Shown piece after piece: positions 39,201 through 51,930 of a stretch of 64,000 bases of DNA. The position numbers were made by a program, and so were the translations under genes. Origin of the DNA: Balanoglossus misakiensis (lineage: Eukaryota; Animalia; Hemichordata); NCBI GenBank assembly GCA_040954595.2, contig CM082584.2, positions 9,443,061 through 9,507,060 of the forward strand, written 5' to 3'. Numbering within the stretch: position 1 is the first letter of the stretch; each line of letters opens with the position of its first letter. The notes beneath the pieces are model-generated. The model searched no databases, was not told the DNA's origin, and worked only from the letters and a program-made list of their open reading frames with translations.

Positions 39201-42200
39201 GGTCTGATTCATCTGGTCCCCCTCCACCGCGAAGTACAGCTTTCCCTCGTCCATCTGATTGATTCCCAGGAACTCGGTGGGCGAGAGGGAGCTCTCCGTG
39301 CTCATGCCCATGGTCCCGTGCGGCGACTCGAACTGGTACCTCATCCTCTCCCGCACCTCCTGCAGGCTGTCCAGGCTCGGGTCGAGCTTCAAGGTCGGGA
39401 TGCCCGCGGACGGCAGGTCGTTCAGCTCGCTGACCCGGTTCAGCTTCAGCCGGACCTCGGCCAGCAGGGTCTTCATGACGCCGGCGCAGCTGGTGTCGTC
39501 CGGCAGCTGCATGACCGTCACCATGTAGCCGTCGGAGCAGAGGAACATGGGCAGCGTCGGGTGCGTGGAGATGGAGAAGCGCTGCTTCATGATGTCGCCA
39601 GCGTCCGACATCATGGAGCTGGTGGGCGAGTGCTGCTCCAGCTGCCTGGCTTCTATCTCGGCTCCCTTGTCCTTCTTGGCACTGTGACATATAACAATTG
39701 AATACATCAATGTCTGTAGAAATCAACATTGTGTAGCGTTTCAAAGCATCAATTGTTAACACATTGGGTCTGCAAGTACTGTTGTAACAACACTGAACTT
39801 TGACAACTGTGAGATACATCAAAGATCAATTACATGTAAAAAACGCCAAATGTAATTCTTAGCATTTGGGTCAAATTTATTTTACCTTCAGATCATACAA
39901 ACATGCATAAACATTGTTCGTGAAATACTCAAATACTGTACTACACTAGCTATTGGATGTTATTTTATAATTGCCTCACCTGATAGTAATGAGAGGATGA
40001 AACACCAAGAAATATTCAGGGCCTAGTTCAACGGAGCATCCCCGACTCTCAATTCTGAGAGGCTCACCCAGCCTTGTCAGTATCACCACTGAACCCATCT
40101 TGGTTATGCACACCAGAAAGAGGTTGTCGGCCGTCCACTTCATGTCAGCTATCCAGTACGTTCTACGAAAGAGAGATAAAAAAAAGCAAGTTGTGGAGGG
40201 TGTCTTTCTTGGATTGACCTGCTCACCCCCAGTTCCCGCTGTATAGGTCCAAGTTTACCATAGAAAACAATGGATTTGGACTGGACCATAGTGGGGAAAG
40301 GGTACAAAGGGGCATGAAATAAACTAAGCAGTACATCCCAAGTGTGTGTTGTGTCCTGTAGAGCGATGATCATACCAGTCCTTTTGTAATGCAAACTTAT
40401 ATTATGATCATTTGTGTTAGTAGTGTCTGGAGCATTAACGTTCTTGATACCAACCTGGCTAGTTTTGGTGGAGGGTTGGCCACCTTGGTCCCACATCCCT
40501 TGAGGTCAGACACCTGCACTGTGGATGTCAGCAGCGAGGCAAACAGAATCTTGTTGTCGTGGGGCGACCTCTGATTGGCCGCCACAGCCAGGGTCAAGCC
40601 ATCGTGTGAGTGTGAACTCGCGTAAACGCCACGCGAGAATATCGGTCGACAGCCCTGGACGAGCTCGGTCAGGGGAACCTGGACATTGTTCCACTCCACT
40701 GTGAAGGTTTCTCTGCTGTGTATAAATATTTGAAAAAAGTAACTCAATTAGTGAATTATCTTATGGGGATGGGTAACATTGTACATGGGTACATCTCCAT
40801 AGAGTTAGCACAGTTGGAAGCCATTTCACATCATTTGTTCACTAAAGACCAATAGTTGGGATGACGTATGGTTCTTACTGTTTTGTCTTGACATCAGATT
40901 TTTCTAACCATCTCAACAAAATACTTGTTATGTTCAGTTTACTACCGACATTGAAGACATAGGAACAGATACAGCTGTCACCAAGCACCTGTAAAATATC
41001 AGAAAAGAGAGAGGGAGCTGGTTACTTGAAGTTGTTCTGGTATTAGCATGATCCATGGATCAGGTCATTGACCATGTGTTTGTGACTGGTTTGTTGAACT
41101 ATATTAGCTTTGGAGATTTTTACTTGGTTGCATGTTACATCTCTGCCTAAGCTGATATGATCACCATAATTTGGTTGAGTTCGTTGTTTACAAAGCATAT
41201 TGATGTACTAGTCTTGATGTACTAGTCTCAGTTACCCAAACCCGAAAACGAGACTTTACCGAATCCATAAAGAACTTGGCATCGATCGAAGTTTCCTTGG
41301 TGTGTGCCGTCGGCAATATGACATCTCTCTCGGCGCTGATGTGACACCAAGTGCCCCTCACTTCACTCTGTTTCAACAGCAGTCCCCCCAGGATGCTGGA
41401 CGGCTGATCTGCCTCCCACAGAAACAGCCGGCTGTGACCGATGACAACCAGGATCTTGTCGCCGCCGTTGGAGACGAACACCAACGGTTTTGGCACATCT
41501 GAAATGAGAATGTGTTGTTATTGAAATCACTGGAGGACAAAAAGTTTGACTTTTTATTAAGCACCACTATTCTCATTGTGTTGCAAGGTGGAGGATCACT
41601 TCACTGACAGGAACATACAAGCACACATGATGCAAAATTAAATATCTGAACACAGATGTCTATACATAGAACGATAGCTCTACAGACCAACAATTAAACA
41701 ATGTTGTAATTTCCAAGCTGTCTATGAATGTAAATGGATAATGCAGGCATCAAGGAATAAAATGCTGGTATTCAACCAAGGTCAAAGGTCAGAAAGCATC
41801 TAATGAGTTATGATGGCTGTCACTGAAACACAGCTGTAGGCAAAAGTAATTTTGACAAATAGAACTATTATCAGCTTATCATCCTGACATTTATGAAGAT
41901 AATTATATCAATGGGAATTACTCATTGGCAAGGTCTTTAAATTTAAATTACAAATGTATAATATTACACCATCAGAGATAATCATTTTCATTTTTAATCA
42001 TCTTCCACATGTGATCAATTATGACTTTGGAATTCCATGCACATAATTCTAAAGAACCAATCAGAACTGAAATTAACGCAGCAGTCTTTAGTTAAGTATT
42101 TCAGGTATTATATCTTTAGAAACACCCTGTGTACATTTAAAACAGTCTGCATAATTATTGCAAAACAGGCGCATCTCTCGTTTTATGCTGAGTGTGCAGT

Positions 42201-45200
42201 ACAGGCTTACACTGATCTATTTTTCATCTAAACAAAACCCAGTAATATGAACTGACATGAGAGGCATGTTGGTTTTAATATAAATAATCAAACATTCCAA
42301 CTGGTGGACTAGTTAAGTCTGGATTAGGAACCACAACGACAGCTGTGAGGTACATATACAGTGTTCGCAGTATTAGCTGACATTTATCAGTCGGGACATT
42401 TATGATATACATAGCATATATACATGTAGCCAGTGCATGAAACCCATTGGTGCAAGCAGTTACATCTGTACCAGTACAATTTGTATAGTGCCTCCACTTC
42501 AGTTACACGTATGTTTATTCACCGTTGATTATAAAACTCCCTGTGGAGGACATGCTCTCATTTCAATATCATGACTAAAACTGACAGATTTTTAGTAATA
42601 AGCATGACACAAGCATTATCTTGTGGAGGCTTATCGCTGATCGTCTCAATTTAATCCTAGTGAAAGCGCTTTGGTTCATCAGCATGGCTGTCAGAATGAC
42701 TGACATGTGCATTTGTTTATCAATCAGAATATTTACATAATGGGCACCCTTGGACAAGTTTTGCTTCTGAATATCTAACGTGGGGCAACTCTGAGACCTT
42801 GAGATGTCTCTGCTGCAGATCTTATTTATGTTTTACTGGTACATAAGTTATAAATGGACTTGGCCATCGACCTTTTATTTCTAGAAACCAGCTGGCAGGT
42901 TCACATGTTTGTGTCGTCATTTTGGCCATACAAACATATGGCCCAGGTACTAGTAATAGTATAGCATGGCAATTATAAGCGGTTATATGCTAATGATGCA
43001 GGAGATACAAACAGCTGATGGATAAAAATTGTAGCCTAGACTACATAGACACATAGCTGTCAATCTTGATGAACGCCACAAGATGTTATACCTGGCTCCT
43101 TCAAATCCTTGTCTTTGACCGTCACATGAGTTGCAAGATCTGGCAGTCCTGTGATAATTCTCACCACATCTTTGTCTCTGTGCCAAAGAAACAGGTTTCC
43201 CGAATGCTGCAGACCGACTAAGAAATGACCTGAAACAAACAAGGAAATAAGATAAACCTATGAAATAATGATACTGACATTTTTTCTCTGAAATGTACAA
43301 CAGGGTTCCAGGAATGTTTGGACAAACAAATTGCATAGGGATCTTTAGACCTTTTCAGTTGTCATAGTAACAATTCATATTATTGTTATGTAGTCACTTG
43401 ACATTTAAAAGTGCCGTTTTACAGGGGTAATGTTTTGCCTGACAAGTATAACCTTGGAACCTTATGGCATATATAATACCATATGTACATTATGACTGCT
43501 ACCAAACTTTTTCCAGTGAAGCAGATGCTTAGTGCCTTGCATTCTGTATGTTTCACTCAACACAGTTCACAGCTGAGCAAGTTTATTCAGTGTTAGGGGC
43601 ACACATTGTACATTCTTGAAACAAAGTTTGTGGTTGCTGAGAGAAGTCTTTCAGGATTAATTTCTTATGGAGGTAGTTTTCAATCATGTCACACTAAACA
43701 GAACAAATTAACACACTGTTTACTACTCTGTTAGTGACCACATACATGTTCATGTATGTAGAGATTCAAGGTTACTGCACACATGTTTGCTACCGAGGGG
43801 AAATCGGACCAGACTACATTGTACTGAGCAGAGTAACCTTTGGGCCTTGCAGGTCTGCGTAGTTGGGGACTGATGATATGTCAAAAGACTCACACAATAG
43901 ATGGAAATTTATTTTAACTTTAATCTTTTTTATTGACCCCATTTCTGTTTGTTGTGAGTGCAACCACCCAGCGCCCACATAAATTCTGACAAAGGCTTGA
44001 CATTCAGATTCAAATGAATCTATTCTTACCAAAATGCTAACAAAAGGTGACTTGTGTAGTTATGAAAAATGTATACCAGTACTTCATGTATGTGCAGGTA
44101 TTGGGTACCCATTGGATAAATTTTTGATAGTATTGTTTAGCAGTAGTACGTGTACATTGACCAGTGTTCAGAAGTCAGTAGCCGGGATCACTCATCACTG
44201 TGCTTGTATCCACTTGATGTGTGTGTCTCGCGCAACCTTTGACATGTCGATGACATGGCACTATAAACTGAGTGGTATAATCAGGGCAGTAGTTCTCCCA
44301 CAATGTGATGGTTTGCGGCCGCACCCCTTGTGTTTGCCAAAGACCAGCACGATACGGATGGCCCTGGCAAAAATTCTGATTCATGCGATGGAAATTCAAA
44401 TGGCAGGTGTTACTTATCTCCCATTAAAAAATCTCAAATTATATCAACTTTTACATCCATGCTAAATCCCTATGTGTCTGAACTTTCCAAATGAAATCAT
44501 GGACTGTTCATTGGAGTGTGAAGACAAGACACTTACCGTCTGATGAACTGCTACTGACAGCAACATTTTCTAGGTGGGGATTTACTTTTGGTATCTTCTT
44601 CTTCGTCTTACCACTTGGCACATAGAGGATGCTTAATCTGCGGTTGTCCATCAGAAACAGACTTTCTTTTTCCTATAAATAGACAATTATAATTTGTCAT
44701 TGTACAATGTTATTTTCTCAAGATTACGCCCTAATACAATATGATGATTTTATTGTTAAACTTTGCTTCAAAAATCTCATTTCAAACCACCTTAAAATGT
44801 CTATGAGTTCCACGTACATATACACACATATACTGGTACATTGGAGTTTTGCTGGCTGTAGTGATGCAACCACCACCCACGTTTTTCTGTTATAATATGG
44901 GTCCTTGACTATCGTCAACACACAGAGCAGATTAAAGATACTGGGTATCAGCATTATCAAGTTAAACTATTAATTCATCCAAATGTGTTTGGAATGGAAC
45001 ATGCCTTAAATGCTAAAAATTAGCCAGCATGGACTTGGAAGTAAAGTTTTAAATGGCTGAGTGAGTGACAGATTTTCTGTCAAGTGTGCGATGATTTAAA
45101 ATTTATGTTCCAGTCAACTGACCCTTGACACGTCACAATTTGTACCACTAATACCACAATAATAGACGACGACGGTTGACACATTCTCCATAGCAACGGT

Positions 45201-46247
45201 TCTGTAACCCCTATATACAAACTGCTTCTATTTTAAATTTTATTAACATCATTTATAAATCATGACTGGTGTCATGGAACTTAACTTGTATTTTATAGGA
45301 TTTAAGAAAACCATACATGGATATATGCTGTACAATACAGTCAACAACAGCACAATAGGTCAGTTATTTTCGGGTTTGAAATCCCATCCCACCCAGTGAC
45401 TTGGTTTTCAATTGAAGAATTAATGAATGAAATTTCTTTTCAACACTGAAATCAAATAAGCTTGGCGGACAAGAAAGCCACTGATTAAAACGAACACCTT
45501 TAATTTAAAATATCATAGATAAAACAGCCTCTGATGATTTGTTAAATTTAAGTGACTGAAAAATATGATAGGCAGAGATACAACATATCTCATGTTATAA
45601 TAAATTACATACTTTATCTGATCTTGGCATTGTGCCAATCACTACTGGTATTGAATATACAGTTCAGTCAAGGTTTGCACTTTCCTGTGGCACTTTCAGT
45701 AATTCAAAAATCGTCATTCTAAAATAAATTATGTGAATTAAAAAAATAAACATGTACCCCAGATTGGCCTAAACTACTGTACAACAACAATAACAACAAC
45801 AACAACAACAACAACAAATGATTAAAATAAAATGCTCAGGTTCTCCTGGCAAAAACTTCACATATTTGACCAGTAGTAAAGTGTTATGCGAGTGTGGTCA
45901 ACTACTGGACTTTACCCATTACCTTTGAATTTTTTTTTCCAGGTAATGCAAAGTGACCTTTAATGCAATATTATATCGTGTGAAAAACACCTTTCCATTG
46001 TCAGGTTTTATGGACAATGATATTTTGTTTATGCATTGTTGCAATGTCTGTGGACCTTTCTAATGTCATGCAAAAAAACTTCCACAGCAGAGAAGCAATC
46101 GGGCTACAACAGTATATTTATACAACACTGTTTAAGTGGAAGGTAAACCGAGATGAGTAAACTTACCCTTCCCAACCATCCCAAACGGGGCCATGGTTTT
46201 TTCCGCTTGATGTTGGTCGAAGCGAGTACTTCCAGCTTAATATGCAT
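21232..46247 (-). CDS. CPLANE1: Ciliogenesis and planar polarity effector 1 (C5orf42/JBTS17) ortholog, more than 30 exons
   Basis: N-terminus MHIKLEVLASTNIKRKKPWPRLGWLGR|EKESLFLMD...SGKTKKKIP (exons 46247-46167 and 44672-44537) matches the recalled vertebrate start MEIRLEILTSTGIKQKKPWPRVSWLGKEKE. Internal motifs FSISTHPTLPMFLCSDGYMVT, AIWFAKELGDWKSA and EREELKKWMAKKR. C-terminus IDWNAIENMIADVK* ends at 21232. Large exons lie at about 38413-39681, 31500-33303 and 28270-29564. Not all internal boundaries were resolved. Confidence 0.93.
30232..30375. repeat. (TATG)n microsatellite in a CPLANE1 intron
   Basis: Tandem TATG/TGTG tract. Confidence 0.97.
30689..30786. mobile_element. About 100-bp MITE with piggyBac-like ends
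   Basis: Begins ATAACCCTTTC and ends GAAAGGGTTAT (inverted repeats resembling TTAA-CCC...GGG-TTAA). Confidence 0.6.
40216..40306. mobile_element. Second, diverged copy of the same MITE family
   Basis: Shares cac.ccca..tc..ctgtata...tagaaa(a)caa...ag.gg.gaaagggt with 30689-30786. Confidence 0.5.
45781..45817. repeat. (AAC)n microsatellite
   Basis: Direct reading. Confidence 0.9.
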
Positions 46248-46682
46248 AACTTGATGTTGCTTGCTGTCAGAACTGGTGGTAGAAAGTGAAAGTTAGGTAG
46301 GGAACATTCTTTACAGGTTAGTGTACCATGCGATCGCGAACTGTCACCCCACCACTGATGCAAGTGTTGATCCTATGCTAATGTTGTATGCTGTAGCCCA
46401 GTGGACAAGTCTTCACATGCTGTGTTAAAAGGCGCCTGAATCGGGGAGTTGGGATAGTGTGCTGTTGACAGCGATCGCGTTTTGTCTGAGATCATCTACG
46501 TCCGAGTGCGATCAGTTTGTCTCATAATATCACACAAAATATGTTTACATCGCGATCGCGATGATCTACGAGTGACTCAACGCCTATGTTATATTACCAT
46601 GAGTCAAAGTTCATAACAAACTTCGAACTCGTCAGTTCAGTTTCGATCAAAACAAACGGTTTTAGAGGTGAATAAAGGTGGC

Positions 46683-47172
46683 CTTACCTTAGGCAACGTC
46701 ATCGGGTCCACCCCTGATATTAACTTACAACCTGTGATTATTTGTAACTAATAAAGCTGCACCGATCGCCCGTTTTCATGACTAAAACAAATAACAATCA
46801 AATGTCAATATCTTTGTGTACACGGCCATTTTGAACTCGTTTGAACTTAAATTCTTCAAGACCCCTTAACTACCCGGAAAACGTGCATATTTGCAAGAAT
46901 CGGTTTAACGCTAAAATTTGAGCTTGTTTTGAACGATAAACACCCTTCCCTTGTTGTTTAGCTTTTCATGTAGTGTATAAAGTGGGTAAAAAATGGAAAT
47001 CAAATGAAAAATGAAAATTGGCCATCTTGAACTATTAGACGCACATAGGTGGTACGGGCAGGCGTCTGCTGCCCTCGATTTCGGGAGAGAAGGAATACTC
47101 GAAATAGCCGGCATATTTACGTTTATTGAACGTTTTTAGCACACACTGGTTAGTTTTGGAGAATAGAAAACC
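46683..47172. promoter_or_regulatory. Putative bidirectional promoter CPLANE1/TMEM38 with X-box-like and YY1-like motifs
   Basis: CPLANE1 5'UTR exon donor at about 46687. Minus-strand GTTGCCTAAGGTAAG (46697-46683) is one mismatch from the RFX X-box. CGGCCATTTTG (YY1-like) at about 46823. TMEM38 ATG at 47173. Confidence 0.55.
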
Positions 47173-48808
47173 ATGGGGGAAGCCATGAAACTATTCGATG
47201 AGGTAGCAGAATTGGTTGTCAACGTGCCTATGTTCCCGGTTTTTGATGTAGCACATTACATTTTGATGACACTGGCTCTGAGACAAGATACAGGGATAGG
47301 TAAGTTATACTTCCAACATCCAAATGATTAAAAAAAATGTTTATTCCTTTATTTTTATTCGTGTTTGGACCTTGAGTTTGCTTGCGTCCCAATTTGAAGA
47401 TCTGAATCAGACTGATGATTTTTTCCTGCTTGTTAAACATTAAGCAATACAAATGTACAAAGTTTCAGCTCAGAACACATACAAGAAATGATACATGCAT
47501 ATGTGTCAATTTCTGATTACATAACTGTTTCACTGTGTTTGCCCTGTGGGTGTGTGAACTTGACAATTTAATTGGAAATCTTCAGTGGAATTTGTAGTGA
47601 GTAGAAAGATTAGTATCAGCAGATTAAAATGGGTACAAATATTTTACACTTATTTTCATGATGAAATATAATTAAGTTTTAGGAAATTAAGTTACTTTTG
47701 AATTGAGAAAGAAATACCGCTTTTATAACTGTACCCCTGCAATCTTTCCACACAGAGTTTTCAAGAAAGAATCCTCTAGCCTGCTGGCTGTGTTGTATGC
47801 TGTCATGTTTTGCTGGAGGGGTGTTGGCTAATTTTCTGTTAGGATTACCTATCCTAGAGCCTTTTGTCAATCCCGTCACTCTTGTGACAGCCTCTGTAGT
47901 CTGGTAAGTTAGCAGTCAACTGTTCAAATTCACAAAATCTGTGTGCAAATGTACATAGTGCGTACTCAAGCAATATGTTGATATGCAAATATTTTCATTC
48001 ACAAACCATTGAACTGACACATTCCTTTTCTCCTGCAATCTCCCAACAGGTACTTAGTCTTTTACAGTCCATATGACATTTTTTACCAACTGGTCACTTT
48101 TACGCCAATCATGGTGCTAGGAGTGGCTCTAAAAGAAGTGTCAAGACCCAGGAAAATTTTGTCTGGGATTGCGCAGACTGCCAAAATTTATCCCAAAGCT
48201 TATCATTTGATGGTTTTGATTGGTATAGTTAAAGGTAAGATTTGTTCAGAGTAATGTTTTTGAAAATTTCATAAGTGCATGTGAGACAAACAATCCTGAA
48301 CGTGTTCAATTTATTTTTAAAATAAAACCACTTTGTTTGACCACAGCTAGCGGCAGTAACTGGATGAAATTATTTGAAAGACTGATGAGAGGAGTGTGGA
48401 TCCCCACGCAGAATGAATTACTCAAGCCATCATTGTAAGTATAGGCGGACGTGTATCGCCATTTTGAAGTTTCTGGTCCACGAAATAGCTCTTCCATTTA
48501 GCAGTTTATACAAAGCAAACACACTAACGCAAACTGTGGTCTGATTTCACAGCATCCTGAAAGCGGCCGTACTGGGCAGCGTCATGTTCGTCCTCCAGAA
48601 GCAGGGTTCCCTGGGATTTGCCCAGCATCACCTGGTGCTGGTCTACACCCTGTTCCTGGTGTTCTGGAAGGTTGCCATGGTGATGGGCGGGGCCGCGGAC
48701 CCGTTCGTGCAGCTGGAGGGACTGCTGTGCTTCATTGTGTTCGGAAAGGAAGAAAACTGCCAGGTCAAGAAGGTGGAGAAGGCAAACAGCAAAAAGAAGA
48801 AAGAATGA
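47173..48808 (+). CDS. TMEM38: Trimeric intracellular cation channel (TRIC/TMEM38), 267 aa
   Basis: Exons 47173-47299, 47756-47903, 48050-48234, 48347-48434 and 48553-48808 (804 nt). Motifs PMFPVFDVAHY, SRKNPLACWLCCML, WYLVFYSPYD, KEVSRPRKI, FERLMRGVW.P..NE and DPFVQLEG. Confidence 0.95.
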
Positions 48809-49548
48809 TCACAGCTGAAATCACACAAAGTTTGCAATGCTAAATTTTACACCATGGCTTCAGCTCAACTTAGTCACAGAGCCTATCACTCAGCAATTGA
48901 CGTCTGCCAGAACATTATCATTCAATTCAATAAGAGACATTGTCTTGAGAAAAATACTTTTATTGTCATAATTATTACATCTAGCCACTGTACTTATGTA
49001 CATACTTATTTTAAATGTATTAAATTATTTTATGAAGTGGGGATTGTTGCCAAATAAATATCATTTTCAGTCAAGTGAACAAGTTTATGTTGTTGTTATT
49101 TTCCAAAATAAAATACATTGTGTATATTAGTAGTCTGTCATACAGAAATAAGAAACACAGTCCACTGTTTAGAGCATTGCAACATTTATTTTCATGATAC
49201 GTCAACTCAAAACAATTTACAATGCACTCACATGATTCACCAAGATTTTTTGTGTATTGCACTGAAGTTGAGATAAATTTAACTACCAAAAAAATGCTGT
49301 TCACAAGAAATGAAATCTGTATTTGCACAATTTATGAAACACAGTAAAAATATCCTTTGCATTTTTTCATACATGATCATCTTCAACTTTGGCCACTTTT
49401 AGGTACTGATGACACGTGCGTCGAAATCTAGACTCAGTCCAGTGTCCTGTTGAACCACCCAATCCTAAGTTTTCTGGCACTGCTAGATACATGTAAAAGT
49501 CTTTGTTTGCTGTACATTGCGTTACCAGGGTTACCAAAGGTGTACATG

Positions 49549-51567
49549 TCAGAGTACAGCCACAGCACCCTCACACCTCCCATAGGCCATCGACCCTAAC
49601 TGTATCCATGAATTCGTCTCCAGGTCATAACACTCCACTGTATCCAAGGTAACGGGAGCCGTGTGTTCCTTGCTGGTCGTCCTGCCACCGATGACGTAGA
49701 GAAGTCCATTGATGGCTGCCACAGATGCTCCGGTCCTTGGGGTCAGCATGGGGGCAACCATACTCCATTTTTTCTACGATGGACAGTCATTTGGTAAGAT
49801 AAATACATAAATAATTGTTTACAACTAAAATCTCCATAGGTATACATTCTTCAATTCGTAGCCTCCCCTCAACCACTTCCACCCGTGCCCTGCCCCATCT
49901 CAGAATCAAGTGAATGACGTTATAAGATTTCACGTTTGCTACCCATTGGGTAGTGCCTGGGGTGAAAGGTCGTCACCATACCTACCTCGTGGGGTGCGTA
50001 TCTCTCCACTGAATTCAGCGCGTCCTTCTTGTCATTCCAGCCGCCCACAGCATACAGATACCCGTTCAACACTGCAAGAGCCACGTACGCTCGTCGGTAT
50101 TTCATATCCGGCAGTGGCGTCCAATCCTTGGTCACTGGATCAAAACACTCGGCTGTTCTGAGCTCCGTGTTCAGATCAGATATTCCCCCAACGCAGTAAA
50201 TTATACCTGTAATAGACAATGGTTGTGTGATAAGTGTTTCATAAAGTATGATTATACTGTACATAGCTAGGCTTGGCAAACGGTCGACCATATCACAAGT
50301 CACCGATACCAGGGGGTATACATATGTATCCGAAGGTTATTGGGGCAGATATTCTCAAGGGCTTCACGATAAAAGTGAAAAAAAAATCAAAACACTCACC
50401 ATCCATTTCAGCATATCCAAAAGAACTCCTGGGCGTTTCCATTTTGGCAACTTGGTACCACTGACCGAAGTCTGGATCGTAGCATTCCACAGTTTTGCCG
50501 ATTTCTGAACCTATCCATCCTCCAAACGTGTAAATGACTTGCCCTATTGTACAAGCGCCGTGGCCACACCTGGGTACCGCCAACGAGGGCGCTTCCACCC
50601 ATTCGTTACTCACCAAGTCGTACCTTTCCACACTGTCGTAGATGAGGGAGTCGCTCTCACCCCCTATAACGTAAATGGAGCCTTCCACTACCGCGACAGC
50701 GTGGCTGCTGCGCGGGGACTGTAAGCAGGGCAGGTAAGACCACACCCGGTTGAACGAATCAAATCGCTCGACAACGTCCAGGGACTTCATATCGCTCCAC
50801 CTCCCGCCAGGCAGGCGCATGTAGCCCCCGATCATGTACAAGTGCTTTCTGGCGCAAGTCCTCGGTTTGACTTGAACCAGCGTTTTTTTACTGAGGGATC
50901 TGCCGGGCTTGGCGGGTTGAAGAAGCTTCCTGTCTGGGTTGTATTCGGCCAGCAACATTCCCAAAGCCACGCGCAGGCTGAGATCGGCGCACTGTTGGAT
51001 GTGGTTGAACAGCAGTCGCGGCTGAATCAACGGGAACCGGATGGGTTCCAGAAGCGGCACAAGGAACCGGCGACGGCTTGCGACGTCGCGAACGATCCAC
51101 TCGACAGCCGCCCGGAAGACTTGAAATTCAGTTTCTATCCTTAGCTCCTCGCTGCTCAACACACTGACCATCTCCTCGTGACCGAGATCGTAGTACTCCT
51201 CCTCTTGGACGACATCGGTGAAGTGAGAATAAATGTACGCCTCGCTGACTTTCCTCAGATCTTCGCAGGCGTACGCCTTGGCAAGTTTGTACATGCCCAC
51301 GCAGTTGGACGGGTGAAGCTGGGATTTCAAGAAACTGCAGCAGGCCTGGACGACTTGGCCCAGTTGCAACATATCCGCTGCTGCCAACAGTTCCTGTGCA
51401 TTGGCCGGTGTGACATCAATTTCACCTGATTGTGGAAAAAGCAACATTATGCACTATATTAATGCTAAATATAAGTTTTTATTCTGAAATCATCTGTTAC
51501 CTGTTGGTAACAGATGACCAGGTGAGACACATTCATAGTACAATAGCAATGCAGATGATGATGGTAG

Positions 51568-51611
<44 letters not shown>

Positions 51612-51930
51612 GTGCGAACATTCACAATAACCACTAACCTGTGTAAATGAAATCCATGAGTAAACTGAAAACACTGCTATCCACTCCGTGGATTTCCACA
51701 TTGTCCTTTCTGGTTTCACTCATTCCTCCTGCAAACATGACGTGGAAATAGGGACTGCAAGCAGACAGTACAACACGGTGACACCGGAATATTTCAGTTC
51801 CAACTCTCAGCTGGACGTCACAGAACTCGTTGCATTCTCTCAGTCTACCGAGCCTGCTTAGTATCGCACTTGCGTGATCAAGGGACGCGAAGTGGAGTTT
51901 GTCTTCATTGGAAATGGACGAAGCAGCCAT
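49549..51930 (-). CDS. IPP: BTB-BACK-Kelch protein IPP/KLHL27, 587 aa
   Basis: Exons 51930-51639, 51425-50400, 50206-49986 and 49773-49549 (1764 nt). BTB motif FCDVQL...HRVVLSACSPYF, a BACK domain and six Kelch repeats. IPP-like signatures YMIGGYMRLPGGRWSD, GGWIGSEIG and HTAPVTLDTVE. Confidence 0.92.
51555..51611. repeat. (GAT)n microsatellite in an IPP intron
   Basis: Direct reading. Confidence 0.95.

Noticed and set aside
21232-39710. Treating the long minus-strand ORFs (279, 426, 616 and 433 aa) as separate novel genes
   Set aside because: They have splice-site boundaries and lie between the recognisable CPLANE1 N- and C-termini on the same strand.
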